NCBI GenBank assembly: GCA_965202625.1
Contig: CBDBBI010000010.1
Coordinates: forward strand, 2,816,001 to 2,880,000
Origin: a bacterium
Lineage (GTDB): Bacteria > UBA8248
Direction: 5' to 3'
DNA length: 64,000 nucleotides
The notes under the pieces are model-generated. The model saw only the letters and a list, made by a program, of their open reading frames with translations, was not told the origin of the DNA and did not search any database. This document shows positions 1 to 9,537 of the stretch, piece after piece. Within the stretch, counting starts at the first letter, position 1. Every line of letters begins with the position of its first letter. The position numbers and the translations under genes are program-made.

Positions 1-263
1 CTTCATCATGCCGTCTTTCTTCATCATGGTGCCGTCTTTCTTCATCATGGTGTCTTTTTTCATCATGTGGTCTTTCTTCATCATCGCGTCGTCTTTCTTC
101 ATCATGCGTCGTCTTTCTTCATCATGCCGTCTTTCTTCATCATGTCTTTTTTCATCATGTGGTCTTTCTTCATCATGGTGTCTTTCTTCATCATGCCGTC
201 TTTCTTCATCATGCCGTCTTTCTTCATCATGCCGTCTTTCTTCATCATGCCGTCTTTCTTTTC
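1..263. repeat. 18-21 bp tandem coding repeat (ATG ATG AAG AAA GAC NNN on the minus strand)
   Basis: Directly visible tandem ttcatcatgccgtctttc units. Confidence 0.95.
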
Positions 264-344
264 TCCGCCATATGCGAGCGAAGCATAGCTGCCAAAGCCA
301 AGGACGAGCGCTAGGGCGGAAACAACGAGGAATCGCTTCTTCAT
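1..344 (-). CDS. Exported Met-rich MMKKDx repeat protein (MXKDX-repeat-like); 1-nt frameshift near 105 and runs off the window edge
   Basis: ATG at 344 with a GGAG SD. Signal peptide MKKRFLVVSALALVLGFGSYASLAYG is followed by MMKKDG/T/H repeats. The repeats continue in another frame beyond the TGA at 102-104. Confidence 0.8.
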
Positions 345-413
345 GGTCGTTCTCCTTTGTTGGGGTTGAAGCGTTAGGGTTGTAAAGGCTTTGTCGCCTT
401 TCGTCGAGAGGAA

Positions 414-478
414 ATTATAGCAAAAGACGAGAAGGATAAAAATGGGAAATCTTAAAGAAATCGTAAAGAAAACCTTAG
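414..478 (-). promoter_or_regulatory. Putative extended -10 promoter with upstream 11-bp-phased direct repeats (OmpR-family regulator site)
   Basis: Minus-strand TGCTATAAT at 422-414. Plus-strand GAAATCTTAAA/GAAATCGTAAA/GAAAACCTTAG at 446-478. An OmpR-type two-component system is adjacent. Confidence 0.5.
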
Positions 479-1542
479 GCGGGGAGGGTGAGCCAGACGT
501 CGATGGTGTTTTCGTCGTATGTGGCTCCCACTTCGCCGCCATGCGTCTCGACGAGTCCCTTCACTATCGCCAGGCCGATGCCTGCCCCACCGCTTTCGCG
601 GGAGCGCGATTTTTCCGCGCGGTAGAAACGCTGGAAAAGGAGGCTGACGTCCTCCTGGGACAAATTGTTGCAGGTGTTTGAAAAAAGTAGTTTCACCTTC
701 TTCTCGTCCTCCTCCTCCGCCCGGACGCGGAACTTCCCCCCTTTGGGCGTGTATTGCCACCCGTTCTGGATAAGGTTTCCCAGTGCCTGGAGAATTTTGT
801 CCCTGTCCGCCTGCACCGGCGCTATCTCGCCGTTGAAATCCGCAATCACCCGAATGCCTCTGGCCTCGAAGTCGTGCCGATGGAGTGCCAGTACCTGCTT
901 CACCAGATGCGGCAGCTGCACCTCCGAGCGCTTGAGATAGGCTTTGGCGGCCTCGGCGCGGGTGAGTTGCTGGAAATCCTGCACCAGGCGCACGAGCCGC
1001 AGAATTTCCTCCTCCAGCATGGTGAACGTCTCATGGGTGGGCGGGATGACGCCATCGGCCAGTCCCTCCAGATAGCCGCGCACCGTGGTGAGAGGCGTTC
1101 TCAGTTCATGGGCAATGTCCACCAGCATGGTTTTTCGGAGCTTTTCGAGTTTCTCCAGGCTGTCCGCCATCTGGTTGAACGTCAGTCCGAATTCGCCGAC
1201 CTCGTCTTTCGATGAAATATCGGCGCGCGCGGTGAAATCGCCTTGCGACACCTTTTTCGAGACTTTCGCCATCTCGGAGAGCGGACGCAGCACCCTCCTG
1301 GTGAGGAGGAAGCTCAGGGCGACCGCCAGCCCCAGGGCGAGCAGGCTCGCCTTGATGAGGTAGCGGTGCACGGCGTCCAGGAACATCTGGTGCGTGTCTG
1401 TCGGCGAGATGTTGTATTTGTGCATGAGAACGGAAAAATAGTCGGCCGCGAGGAAATCGAACGCCAGCCAGACGACCAGGATGACGAGTCCTATGACGGG
1501 CAGGTTGATGGCCAGCAGCTTCCAGAGCAGTCGGCTTCTCAT
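475..1542 (-). CDS. Sensor histidine kinase (2 TM, HAMP, HisKA, HATPase; BaeS-like)
   Basis: H-box DIAHELRTPL, N-box NLIQNG, FQRFYR and GAGIGLAIV motifs. Confidence 0.93.
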   Translation of the reverse strand: MRSRLLWKLLAINLPVIGLVILVVWLAFDFLAADYFSVLMHKYNISPTDTHQMFLDAVHRYLIKASLLALGLAVALSFLLTRRVLRPLSEMAKVSKKVSQGDFTARADISSKDEVGEFGLTFNQMADSLEKLEKLRKTMLVDIAHELRTPLTTVRGYLEGLADGVIPPTHETFTMLEEEILRLVRLVQDFQQLTRAEAAKAYLKRSEVQLPHLVKQVLALHRHDFEARGIRVIADFNGEIAPVQADRDKILQALGNLIQNGWQYTPKGGKFRVRAEEEDEKKVKLLFSNTCNNLSQEDVSLLFQRFYRAEKSRSRESGGAGIGLAIVKGLVETHGGEVGATYDENTIDVWLTLPA

Positions 1543-1544
1543 GC

Positions 1545-2258
1545 CTAGATGGCCGCGTGACTTTCCGATTCAGCGAAGCGATAGCCCACGCCGCGCACGG
1601 TGAGGATGAGCCGGGGATCGGAAGGGTCGCGCTCGATTTTCTGCCGCAGTTTCCCGATGTGAACGTCCACCACGCGATCCACCACCGCGTCGGCCGTCCG
1701 GTAGAGTTTGGTGAGCAGCTCATCGCGCGAGAATACGCGCCCCGGAACGCTCATGAGCGTTTGCAGGAGCACGTATTCCGATGGGGTGAGCGCTACGGTC
1801 TCCCCGTTTTGGGTGAGTTTGCGCTTCTCGGGCTCCATGAGCAGATTGCCGAAGGAGAGGTCCGTTCTCTCTCGGGCGGTCGTCCGCTTCGCGCGCCTGA
1901 GAATGGCCTTGACGCGCTCGTTGAGCTCTCTTGGGCTGAATGGCTTGACGACGTAATCATCCGCCCCCAGCGAGAAGCCCAGAAGCCTGTCCGCCTCCTC
2001 CGCCTTGGCCGTGAGAATCAGGATGGGCACGTCGGAATTGCCTCTGATCCGCCGGCACGCCTCCCAGCCGTCCATGCGCGGAAGCATCAGGTCGAGCACG
2101 ACGAGGACGGGTCCGTGCTGACGGGCGAGTGCCACCGCGCGCTCCCCGTCATGGGCGATGATGGTGTCGAAGCCCTCCCGACCCAGATACTCGTCAATCA
2201 GCGATGCGATGTTCTTCTCATCCTCGACGATGAGGATGGCGCCTTTCCCCTTTGTCAT
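1545..2258 (-). CDS. OmpR-family response regulator
   Basis: IVEDE, LDLMLP, GADDYVVKPF and a C-terminal winged helix (TVRGVGYRF). Start moved to MTKGKG at 2258. Confidence 0.93.
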   Translation of the reverse strand: MTKGKGAILIVEDEKNIASLIDEYLGREGFDTIIAHDGERAVALARQHGPVLVVLDLMLPRMDGWEACRRIRGNSDVPILILTAKAEEADRLLGFSLGADDYVVKPFSPRELNERVKAILRRAKRTTARERTDLSFGNLLMEPEKRKLTQNGETVALTPSEYVLLQTLMSVPGRVFSRDELLTKLYRTADAVVDRVVDVHIGKLRQKIERDPSDPRLILTVRGVGYRFAESESHAAI

Positions 2259-2443
2259 CTCGCGTCTTTCCGCCTTCCGCCCCAAAGCCGGACCCCTGGG
2301 ATATCGGCGCGCGCGGAGGCGTGGAATCAAGATTCGGTAAAAATTTTCTCCTTCCGCTCCAGGCGGATGCGGAGAGGGGGCCGGCGGTGCGCCGCTTTGG
2401 CCTTCACGCCCCCCGCCGGGGTTGCGCCCAGGCACTTCCCGTA

Positions 2444-3331
2444 TCAGGCAAGGCCCATCAAGCGGGCGGGGTTTCGCTGGACCATCCAGCGAATCTCCTC
2501 CTCCTCAAGCCCCAGGCGCAGCATCGTGGCGATGAACATCCGCAGCATTTCCGTCGGCGGGGGGTTGAGGTCGAGTTGCGCGTCCGTGCTCATCACGCAT
2601 CGCTCGGCGCGGAGGGTGCGCGCGGTTTTCGCCACCTCCTGCGGGTCGAGGTCGCGCCACATCGGAAAGGCGGATATCCACGTGAACTCGATGACGTAGC
2701 CCAGGTCCGCCACCTCCCGCAGCTGCGCCTCGCTCGCGTTGACGATGGAGATGATCGGATGGGTGAAGATGAATTTTTTCAGCCCGATCTCCTTCGCCCG
2801 CCGCGCGAGGGCGACGCTCTCATCCGCGGACAGGTGGCCGGTGGCCACTGCGGCGTCCGCGTCCCGGACAATTTCCAGAATGGCGTCCGCCTCTGGCGAC
2901 ACCACTCCGTTTTCGTCCAGGACGGTGAGGCCGCGCGCCGGCGGAGGCTGTCGATAGGCTTCCGCGATGCGTTTGCTGTAGGCGCCCACCTTGACGTCGT
3001 TCGCCGCGGAGTAGGTGGGCATCCAGATGACCTTGGCGCCGAGGCGCACCGCGCTTTCCGCCGCAAAGGGCGAGAGCCCGCCCACGTTGGCGTTCAGGGT
3101 GATGGCGCCGAAGGCGGTGACGCCCGGATACACCTCGTTCAGCACTCTGGCCTGGGCGACGGTAGGCCATAGATGGCTCTTCATCACGAAGCCCCTCATG
3201 CCGACTTCGCGCGCGAGCTGGGCCCATTCATGGTCCAGCACGCGCCCCGGCTCCTCCACGAATACCTGCGGGAAGATGTGGGCGTGAACGTCAATGGCGC
3301 CCTCCAGGAGCTCGTCAGCCTTGGTGCGCAT
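2444..3331 (-). CDS. DUF6282-like metal-dependent amidohydrolase-fold protein
   Basis: IDVHAH, MKSH, ATGH, THP and STD motifs of the TIM-barrel amidohydrolase fold. Confidence 0.75.
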   Translation of the reverse strand: MRTKADELLEGAIDVHAHIFPQVFVEEPGRVLDHEWAQLAREVGMRGFVMKSHLWPTVAQARVLNEVYPGVTAFGAITLNANVGGLSPFAAESAVRLGAKVIWMPTYSAANDVKVGAYSKRIAEAYRQPPPARGLTVLDENGVVSPEADAILEIVRDADAAVATGHLSADESVALARRAKEIGLKKFIFTHPIISIVNASEAQLREVADLGYVIEFTWISAFPMWRDLDPQEVAKTARTLRAERCVMSTDAQLDLNPPPTEMLRMFIATMLRLGLEEEEIRWMVQRNPARLMGLA

Positions 3332-3559
3332 GAGTAAAAACCCTCCGAACGTTGACGGCGCGCGCGCGCGTCGATAGCGTCTTTCAGGAGCGCATCCCCC
3401 TTCTCGCGCACGAAAAAACTCACCCCATGCTGACGGGATGGCGGAGAGGGATGAAAAGCCCCATCATGCGGCATGAAAGGCGCGCCGGGCAAGCCGGTTC
3501 GCGCGGTGTTCCCGTTTTTCTGGGTGAGACGGGGCGATTTTTCGGAAGGAGGGTTTCTC

Positions 3560-4690
3560 ATGTTCCCAAGCCATCGTATCGGAACGCCGGTGCGCCGGAT
3601 CGAAACGCCCGCCCTGCTGATCGATCTCGACGTCATGGAGGAGAACCTCGCTTTGATGGCGGAGCGCCTGGAGGGGGCGAACGTCCGGCTTCGCGCCCAC
3701 GCGAAGACGCACAAGAGTCCCTGGATCGCCAGAAAACAGATTGCGCTCGGCGCAGTGGGCGTGTGCTGTCAGAAGGTGAGCGAGGCCGAGGTGATGATAG
3801 CGGGCGGGGTGGAGGACGTGCTCGTGAGCAGCGAGGTCACTGCGGCCTCCAAACTGGGCCGCCTGGCCGCCCTCGCGCGCCACGCGCGGCTGATGGTGGT
3901 GGTGGATCATCCCGAGGGCGCGCGAATGCTCTCCGAGGCGATGGCGGCGGCGGGCGGAGAGATTGGCGTGCTCATCGACGTGGACGTGGGGCAGGGGCGC
4001 TGCGGAGTGGCGCCGGGCGCTGCGGCGGCAGAGCTGGCCCGGCGCGTGGACGCGATGCGGGGGCTCGACTTGCGTGGAATCCAAGCCTATCAGGGCGCGG
4101 CCCAGCACGTGGACGGGTTCGTCGAGCGGCGCGCGGTCTACGCCGAGGCGATAGGGCTGATGGGGGAAACTATCGCCGCGTTCGACGCCGCTGGACTTCC
4201 GACGGACGTCAGGAGCGGCGGCGGTACGGGTTCCTGGCGATGGGACGCGGAATCAGGCGCGCTGAACGAGCTGCAGGCGGGCAGCTATCTTTTCATGGAC
4301 TCCCACTACGGCAGCATCGGCGGCGAGAGATCGGACGTCTATGACGACTTCAGGCCCAGCCTGTTCGTGTTGACGAGCGTGGTGAGCGCGCCCGCGCCCG
4401 ATCGCGTGGTGATGGACGCCGGCCACAAGGCGCTCACCTCCGACAGCGGGCTCGCCCCCTGCCTCGAACTCGAAGGCGCCGCCCACGCAAGAGCCTCCGA
4501 TGAGCACGGCATCCTCGAACTCTCCCCATCCTCCAGGCGTCCTGAAATTGGCGAGACGCTCCTGTTCCAGCCCAGTCACTGCGACCCGACGATCAACCTC
4601 TACGACGCCTATCACGGAATTCGGGGGGGGATGGAGGAGGGCGTCCTGGAGGCGGTGATCCCCGTGGCGGCGCGCGGTTGCGTCTGGTAG
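3560..4690 (+). CDS. DSD1-family PLP-dependent enzyme (D-threonine/3-hydroxy-D-aspartate aldolase-like)
   Basis: TPALLIDLD, HAKTHK (PLP Lys), GGGTG, ELQAGSY, SDEHG and PSHCDPTIN. ATG at 3560 follows GGAGG. Confidence 0.88.
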   Translation: MFPSHRIGTPVRRIETPALLIDLDVMEENLALMAERLEGANVRLRAHAKTHKSPWIARKQIALGAVGVCCQKVSEAEVMIAGGVEDVLVSSEVTAASKLGRLAALARHARLMVVVDHPEGARMLSEAMAAAGGEIGVLIDVDVGQGRCGVAPGAAAAELARRVDAMRGLDLRGIQAYQGAAQHVDGFVERRAVYAEAIGLMGETIAAFDAAGLPTDVRSGGGTGSWRWDAESGALNELQAGSYLFMDSHYGSIGGERSDVYDDFRPSLFVLTSVVSAPAPDRVVMDAGHKALTSDSGLAPCLELEGAAHARASDEHGILELSPSSRRPEIGETLLFQPSHCDPTINLYDAYHGIRGGMEEGVLEAVIPVAARGCVW

Positions 4691-4762
4691 GGCCGCACCG
4701 TCTTTTTCCGGGCGGGACTGCGCACGACGAGGTGAAGAGCGGGCGGCTTTATGCGTCCTGGG

Positions 4763-5284
4763 TTATGGCTTTCCAAACGTGGCGACCCTGTCCACGCGGC
4801 ACTCGAACAGGACGCGCTTCTCTTCGATGACGGGGTCCCGAAGCGCGTAGGGCGGATCCTGCCCCGTGTATTTCGTCCAGATGCGGTCGAGCTGCTCGCC
4901 GGCTCTCTCTCCGCCCGGCTCCCCTTCTCGGACCTCGTTGACGACCGTGCATTTGACGCTCATCCAGTGATAGGGGTTCTCGGGGTTGACGAGGAGGATC
5001 GTGAGGCGCGGGTTCGCTCTTATCCATCCGCATTTTGCCCGGTGGGCGGCGGTGTTCACCAGAATCGTGTCGCCCTCGTAGTCGAACCACATGGGCGTCA
5101 GGTTCACCCGTCCGTCCGGTCCCGTCAGTCCCAGCGTGACCGTGATCGGCATGTCCAGCAGTTGCTTGTAGATGGGGTCCAGCGCAGACAGGCCGCTCGC
5201 CTTTTTTCTTTCCCCCACGGCGAACTGACCCTCTTGCAGACCCTCGGATACGTCCTTGAACCGGGCTACGGTGAATTCCGCCAT
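4763..5284 (-). CDS. Pyridoxamine 5'-phosphate oxidase-like split-barrel protein (possibly F420-dependent)
   Basis: PDGRVNLTPMWF, NTAAHRAK and NPRLTILLVNPENPY. Start MAEF follows GGAGG. Confidence 0.75.
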   Translation of the reverse strand: MAEFTVARFKDVSEGLQEGQFAVGERKKASGLSALDPIYKQLLDMPITVTLGLTGPDGRVNLTPMWFDYEGDTILVNTAAHRAKCGWIRANPRLTILLVNPENPYHWMSVKCTVVNEVREGEPGGERAGEQLDRIWTKYTGQDPPYALRDPVIEEKRVLFECRVDRVATFGKP

Positions 5285-5362
5285 CGCGCGCCTCCTCCCC
5301 ATGAGAAAAAGTGAATTTCGGAAAGGCTAGCAAAGGGGATGCGGCGCGACAAGGGGAGTCGC

Positions 5363-6220
5363 CTATCTTGCCGCGCGCCTCGCGCAGCGAAAGCCCACGA
5401 TCTTCCACCGTATGAGGCCATCAAGCCGAAAGCGCTCGGCACTCCTCAAATACGCGGGGCCCTCGCGCCAGGAGCCCCCTCGAATGGCGTGCATGAACCC
5501 CGAGGGCGGTCCCTGCGGGTCCTTGAGGGGCGCTTTCCGGTAGTAGAACTCGCCCCAGAAATCGTGGGTCCACTCCCAGACGCCGCCCGCCATGGAGCGC
5601 GCCCCATAGGGCGATTCGCCGCCCGGCTTCCCGCCCACGGGCTGCGGGCGGCCGTGGCCGACGAGGGCGCGATCAAAGGAATCGCCCCAGGGGTAGCGTC
5701 TGGCGTCAACGCCCCTCGCCGCTTTTTCCCATTCCGCTTCCGTGGGCAGGCGCTTGCCCGCCCAGGCGCAGTAGGTTTTGGCGTCGAACCAGGAGACGCC
5801 CACGACCGGAAGGCCGGGCCGGTGGAGGTTGCTGTCTCCGGCGTATTTTGATTTCCGGTGTCCCGTGGCTTTCCGAAACCTCTCCCAATGGAAAACAGAT
5901 ACCTCGTCCCGGTCTATCCAGAACGCGGAGATGAACACCTTTCGCACGGGAAGCTCCTGGGGGTTCCCGTCGTATGACCCCTGGGTGAAGAGGCCGCCTG
6001 GCACGAATGCCATCCAGCGGCCGTCTTTTGTCCCAGGAGGCTTTTGGACGAGGGGAACGGGGGACGGGGAGAGGGCGATCTCATGCCTGCGCGCGCGCCG
6101 CTCTCCCTCTGCCGCGGAGGGTCTCGCTTTCATGGGAGTCAGGAAAGAAGCGTTCCCCTGCCCGGAAGCCGTGAGCAGAACGAGGACGAGGGCGAGGAGC
6201 GAAAATCCGAGGCGCGCCAC
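5363..6220 (-). CDS. Exported FGE-sulfatase/SUMF1-fold protein lacking the FGE catalytic cysteines
   Basis: PVVGVSWFDA, RLPTEAEWEKAARG, YPWG, GVWEW, RGGSW and GFRC motifs. Hydrophobic N-terminus from GTG 6220 (the ORF track starts at 6301). Confidence 0.85.
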   Translation of the reverse strand: MARLGFSLLALVLVLLTASGQGNASFLTPMKARPSAAEGERRARRHEIALSPSPVPLVQKPPGTKDGRWMAFVPGGLFTQGSYDGNPQELPVRKVFISAFWIDRDEVSVFHWERFRKATGHRKSKYAGDSNLHRPGLPVVGVSWFDAKTYCAWAGKRLPTEAEWEKAARGVDARRYPWGDSFDRALVGHGRPQPVGGKPGGESPYGARSMAGGVWEWTHDFWGEFYYRKAPLKDPQGPPSGFMHAIRGGSWREGPAYLRSAERFRLDGLIRWKIVGFRCARRAAR

Positions 6221-6227
6221 TTCCCGT

Positions 6228-7028
6228 CTATTTTCTCTTTCTGGGCCTTGCGTTGATGAACGCTTCTCGAACGTATTGGACGACCGACCAGATTTCCGCA
6301 TCGCTCAGCACGTGGCCATAAGCCTTCATGAAGTCAAATTTCTTCATCTCGGTGACGTCAATGCGGCCGAGCTTGATGAGCCAGAACAGGAACGCATCGT
6401 CGAAGCGCGCCATCTGTTCCTTGAGGCGATAGTCCATCGGCGGCGGCTGAATGTGGCTGATGAACGGCTTTTCGGGGTCCTGATCCTCCACCGGACGCGC
6501 ACCGTTGCCGGCACCGCGCGCGCCGTGGCATTGCGCGCAGGCGTCCATGAAGATTTCCTTCGTCTCCTCATCCTTCGTCTGGTCGCCGCTCGTGAAGCCG
6601 CGCTCCCATTGGATGAGCTTGCGAATCTGATCGTCCTCAAGCACCTCGCCGAACGAGGGCATGGCCGTGGGAACGCCGTTGTCGATCTTGTGCCCCTTCA
6701 TCCTGTTTTTGAGGACGTTCATCTTGCCGAATTTCACGACGGTGAAGATGTAGTCGTCCGTCATGCGCTTCATGTAGGGGCTGATGAACACCTGGGGTCT
6801 GGGCCTTGAGCTCCGCCAGCTCGGCCCCTTGCCGTCTCCTTTGATGCCGTGGCAGGAGAAGCAGATTTCCTCATAGATTTCCTTGCCCAGCCAGTAGTCT
6901 CCGCCATGCTGCCTTGCCGTATCAGGACGGGGAGGCGCCTTTTTGGCCGCAAGAGAGCCTGCCGGAGCGATGAGGCTCCACGTGAGCGTCAAGACGATCC
7001 AGCAGCCTCTACTTTTCAGAATGTCCAC
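6228..7028 (-). CDS. Periplasmic diheme c-type cytochrome
   Basis: Signal peptide. Two CxxCH motifs (CFSCH, CAQCH), each with a downstream Met ligand motif (AMPSFG, FMKAYG). Confidence 0.88.
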   Translation of the reverse strand: MDILKSRGCWIVLTLTWSLIAPAGSLAAKKAPPRPDTARQHGGDYWLGKEIYEEICFSCHGIKGDGKGPSWRSSRPRPQVFISPYMKRMTDDYIFTVVKFGKMNVLKNRMKGHKIDNGVPTAMPSFGEVLEDDQIRKLIQWERGFTSGDQTKDEETKEIFMDACAQCHGARGAGNGARPVEDQDPEKPFISHIQPPPMDYRLKEQMARFDDAFLFWLIKLGRIDVTEMKKFDFMKAYGHVLSDAEIWSVVQYVREAFINARPRKRK

Positions 7029-7099
7029 TTCCCCCTCGGCCTTTCTGATGGCCGCTCGACGCCAGAGGAACGCATTCAGAATTCAGCGCGCCGCACCGC

Positions 7100-8143
7100 T
7101 CATTTCGCGCACGGGTTAGCGGCACAAGGGTTTTTCGCCGCGCAAGGATTCGCGGCACACGGGTTCTTTGCTGCACAGGGGTTCTTTGCCGCGCATGGAT
7201 TGCCTGCGCAAGGGTTGGCGGCACAAGGGTTTTTCGCTGCGCATGGGTTCTTGGCAGCGCAAGGGTTAGCCGCACATGGGTTTTTCGCTGCGCACGGATT
7301 CGCGGCACACGGGTTCTTTGCTGCACATGGGTTTTTCGCTGCACAGGGGTTAGCGGCACACGGGTTCTTTGCTGCACAGGGGTTAGCGGCACACGGGTTC
7401 TTTGTTGCACATGGGTTCTTTGCCGCGCATGGATTACCTGCGCAAGGGTTGGCGGCACAAGGGTTTTTCGCCGCGCAAGGGTTCTTTGCTGCACAGGGGT
7501 TAGCGGCACACGGATTTGCCGCGCATGGATTCGCGGCGCAAGGGTTTTTCGCTGCGCACGGATTCGCAGCGCAGGGGTTCGGGGCGGCACACGGATTTGG
7601 GGCGCATGGATTGGCGCCTCCGCTAGGCCTTCGCACCGTCTTCATGAACGCCTTGCGCTTCGCCTCCCAGTCTATCATGCGCTTGTATCGCTTCGGGGAA
7701 AGCGAAACCACGTAGGCTTCCAGGTCTTTATACTTTTGGGAATAGGGGTCCATGGGCGGGTTGCCGATGAACGCCGTCGCGCAAAGGTCGTTGAACTGCC
7801 CGACGCTGACCACCTGGCTCGCTGGACTCAGGCGCGGGAAGTGATCCGCCGCTCCGATGAGGGTGGGAATGGGGACCGGATTCCGAAAACCCATCACGTC
7901 CACCGCCGTGCCGCCGATCGTGCGGCCCCGAGGGTGGCAGCCCACGCAGCCGACGCTCCTGAATAATTTTTTGCCGCGCGCGACGGAATCCTTCACGCTG
8001 TGGTCATATTGCTGCGTATAGAAAAAGGGCGGAGGCGTGATGGTTGCTTTTTTCTCGCCCGTCTCCTGCGCATGGGAGGCTGCGGGAGTCGCCAGCCCGA
8101 AAGCTGCGGCGAAGATGATGGCCCACTTTGCTGTTTTCATCAC
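7100..8143 (-). CDS. Exported monoheme cytochrome c (TsdA/SoxA-like domain) with a C-terminal tail of about 31 NPCxx(K) repeats
   Basis: Signal peptide ending ASHA. CVGCH is followed by AADHFPR..VVSV..NDLC..PMDPYS..DLEAYV and then the repeat tail. Confidence 0.85.
   Translation of the reverse strand: MMKTAKWAIIFAAAFGLATPAASHAQETGEKKATITPPPFFYTQQYDHSVKDSVARGKKLFRSVGCVGCHPRGRTIGGTAVDVMGFRNPVPIPTLIGAADHFPRLSPASQVVSVGQFNDLCATAFIGNPPMDPYSQKYKDLEAYVVSLSPKRYKRMIDWEAKRKAFMKTVRRPSGGANPCAPNPCAAPNPCAANPCAAKNPCAANPCAANPCAANPCAAKNPCAAKNPCAANPCAGNPCAAKNPCATKNPCAANPCAAKNPCAANPCAAKNPCAAKNPCAANPCAAKNPCAANPCAAKNPCAAKNPCAANPCAGNPCAAKNPCAAKNPCAANPCAAKNPCAANPCAK
7103..7615 (-). repeat. Coding tandem repeat, 15/18-bp units encoding NPCAA/NPCAAK
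   Basis: Visible in the sequence; synonymous codons vary between units. Confidence 0.95.
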
Positions 8144-8223
8144 GTTCTCCTTGCTGAGAGTCTCGACCCCTGGGAATATGAAAAATCAGGCTCCACGACG
8201 CCCGCGTGTCGTTTTACGCGTCT

Positions 8224-9308
8224 CTATCCACCCTGGCAGGGATTCTTTGCCGCACAGGGATTTCCGGCGCACGGATTCTTGGCCGCACAAGGGTTAGCCG
8301 CACATGGGTTCTTGGCCGCGCAAGGGTTAGCCGCACATGGGTTCTTGGCCGCGCAAGGGTTAGCCGCACATGGGTTCTTGGCCGCGCAAGGGTTCGCCGC
8401 ACATGGGTTTTTCGCTGCGCAGGGATTCTTGGCCGCGCACGGGTTAGCGGCACACGGATTCTTGGCCGCACAAGGGTTAGCCGCGCACGGGTTCTTGGCC
8501 GCGCAAGGATTCTTGCCAGCGCACGGGTTTCCCGCACACGGATTTGCCGCGCAAGGATTGCTCCCCGCACACGGGTTTCCAGCGCATGGATTCTTCGCTG
8601 TCCTCGCACAGGGATTTCCAGCACATGGGTTGGCGCCACAGGGATTTCCGCCGCCGCCTGCGAGGGCATAGACGAAATTTGCCCTGTAGGAGCCGCCCCT
8701 GGCCTGGGTGGAGACGTTCACCCGGGTTCCGGCCTTGATGGAGCTGACGCTGATCGGCTTGGGTCCAAGATGGGCCAGCGTTGTTTTCACGACGTGGACG
8801 CTGAGGTTCTCGCCGGCGGACGTGCGCACACCAAGGTAGCCTTTTTGGTAGCCGGTAACTTCGCCGACGAGCATGACGCCCTCGCTCCTCGCGCGAACGC
8901 CGCCGCCCCCACAGGGATTCGCCGCGCACGGGTTCGCTGCGCACGGATTTTTGGCCGCGCATGGATTTCCGCACACGGATTCTTGGCCGTACATGGGTTC
9001 GCCGCGCACGGATTCTTGGCGGCGCATGGGTTAGCGGCACATGGGTTCTTGGCAGCGCAAGGGTTCGCCGCACAAGGATTCTTGGCAGCGCAAGGGTTAG
9101 CCGCACACGGATTCTTGGCCGTACATGGGTTCGCCGCACAAGGATTCTTGGCAGCGCATGGGTTAGCCGCACATGGATTCTTTGCCGCGCATGGGTTAGC
9201 CGCGCATGGATTCTTTGCCGCGCATGGGTTCGCCGCCTCAGCCGGCGTCGCCCAGACGAAAGCGGCCAAAAGCGCGCTGAACAGGATGAACCTTGAGTTT
9301 CTCCACAT
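8224..9308 (-). CDS. Exported Cys-rich NPC-repeat protein (about 20 repeats, small beta-barrel-like domain, about 25 repeats); 1-nt frameshift near 8968
   Basis: ATG at 9308 follows GGAGG; signal peptide ends AEA. ORFs 8787..9458 and 8224..9027 join if GCG GA AAT is read as GCG GGA AAT. The central VMLVGEVTG..GTRVNV domain is DUF5666/OB-like. Confidence 0.8.
8230..9235 (-). repeat. Two blocks of NPC coding repeats (about 8230-8650 and 8908-9235)
   Basis: Visible in the sequence. Confidence 0.93.
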
Positions 9309-9537
9309 GGTTCTTCCTCCTTTGGGGGATGGATGCGATGCGAAACGTTTATGGTTCGTCAAAATTTGGGTTTCCTCGGTCGCAGTTGTTCGCGACGGTA
9401 TGCGTCGGGCACTCTCCGCGCAAAAGTTTGTGCGTGTCTCGTCCATATAATCCACCATATGACAGAAAACAAGGGCGAGGCTCTGGTTATTCCAGCCGGT
9501 GCTGGAATCCGGCGGAATTCTATCAGAATCGGGCGGG

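Noticed and set aside
8-385. Plus-strand MPSFFI repeat ORFs
   Set aside because: Antisense of the MMKKD repeat gene.
5363-6220. DGR target (CLec/FGE fold) or a true formylglycine-generating enzyme
   Set aside because: No reverse transcriptase or template repeat in the window, and the catalytic Cys pair after RGGSW is absent.
7100-9240. CRISPR-like periodicity
   Set aside because: Contiguous coding repeats with no unique spacers and no cas genes.
6849-9450. Long plus-strand ORFs with AHGFAAQG repeats, and alternative minus-strand frames
   Set aside because: Antisense or frame shadows of the NPC repeats. The NPC frame has the SD, signal peptide and heme motif.
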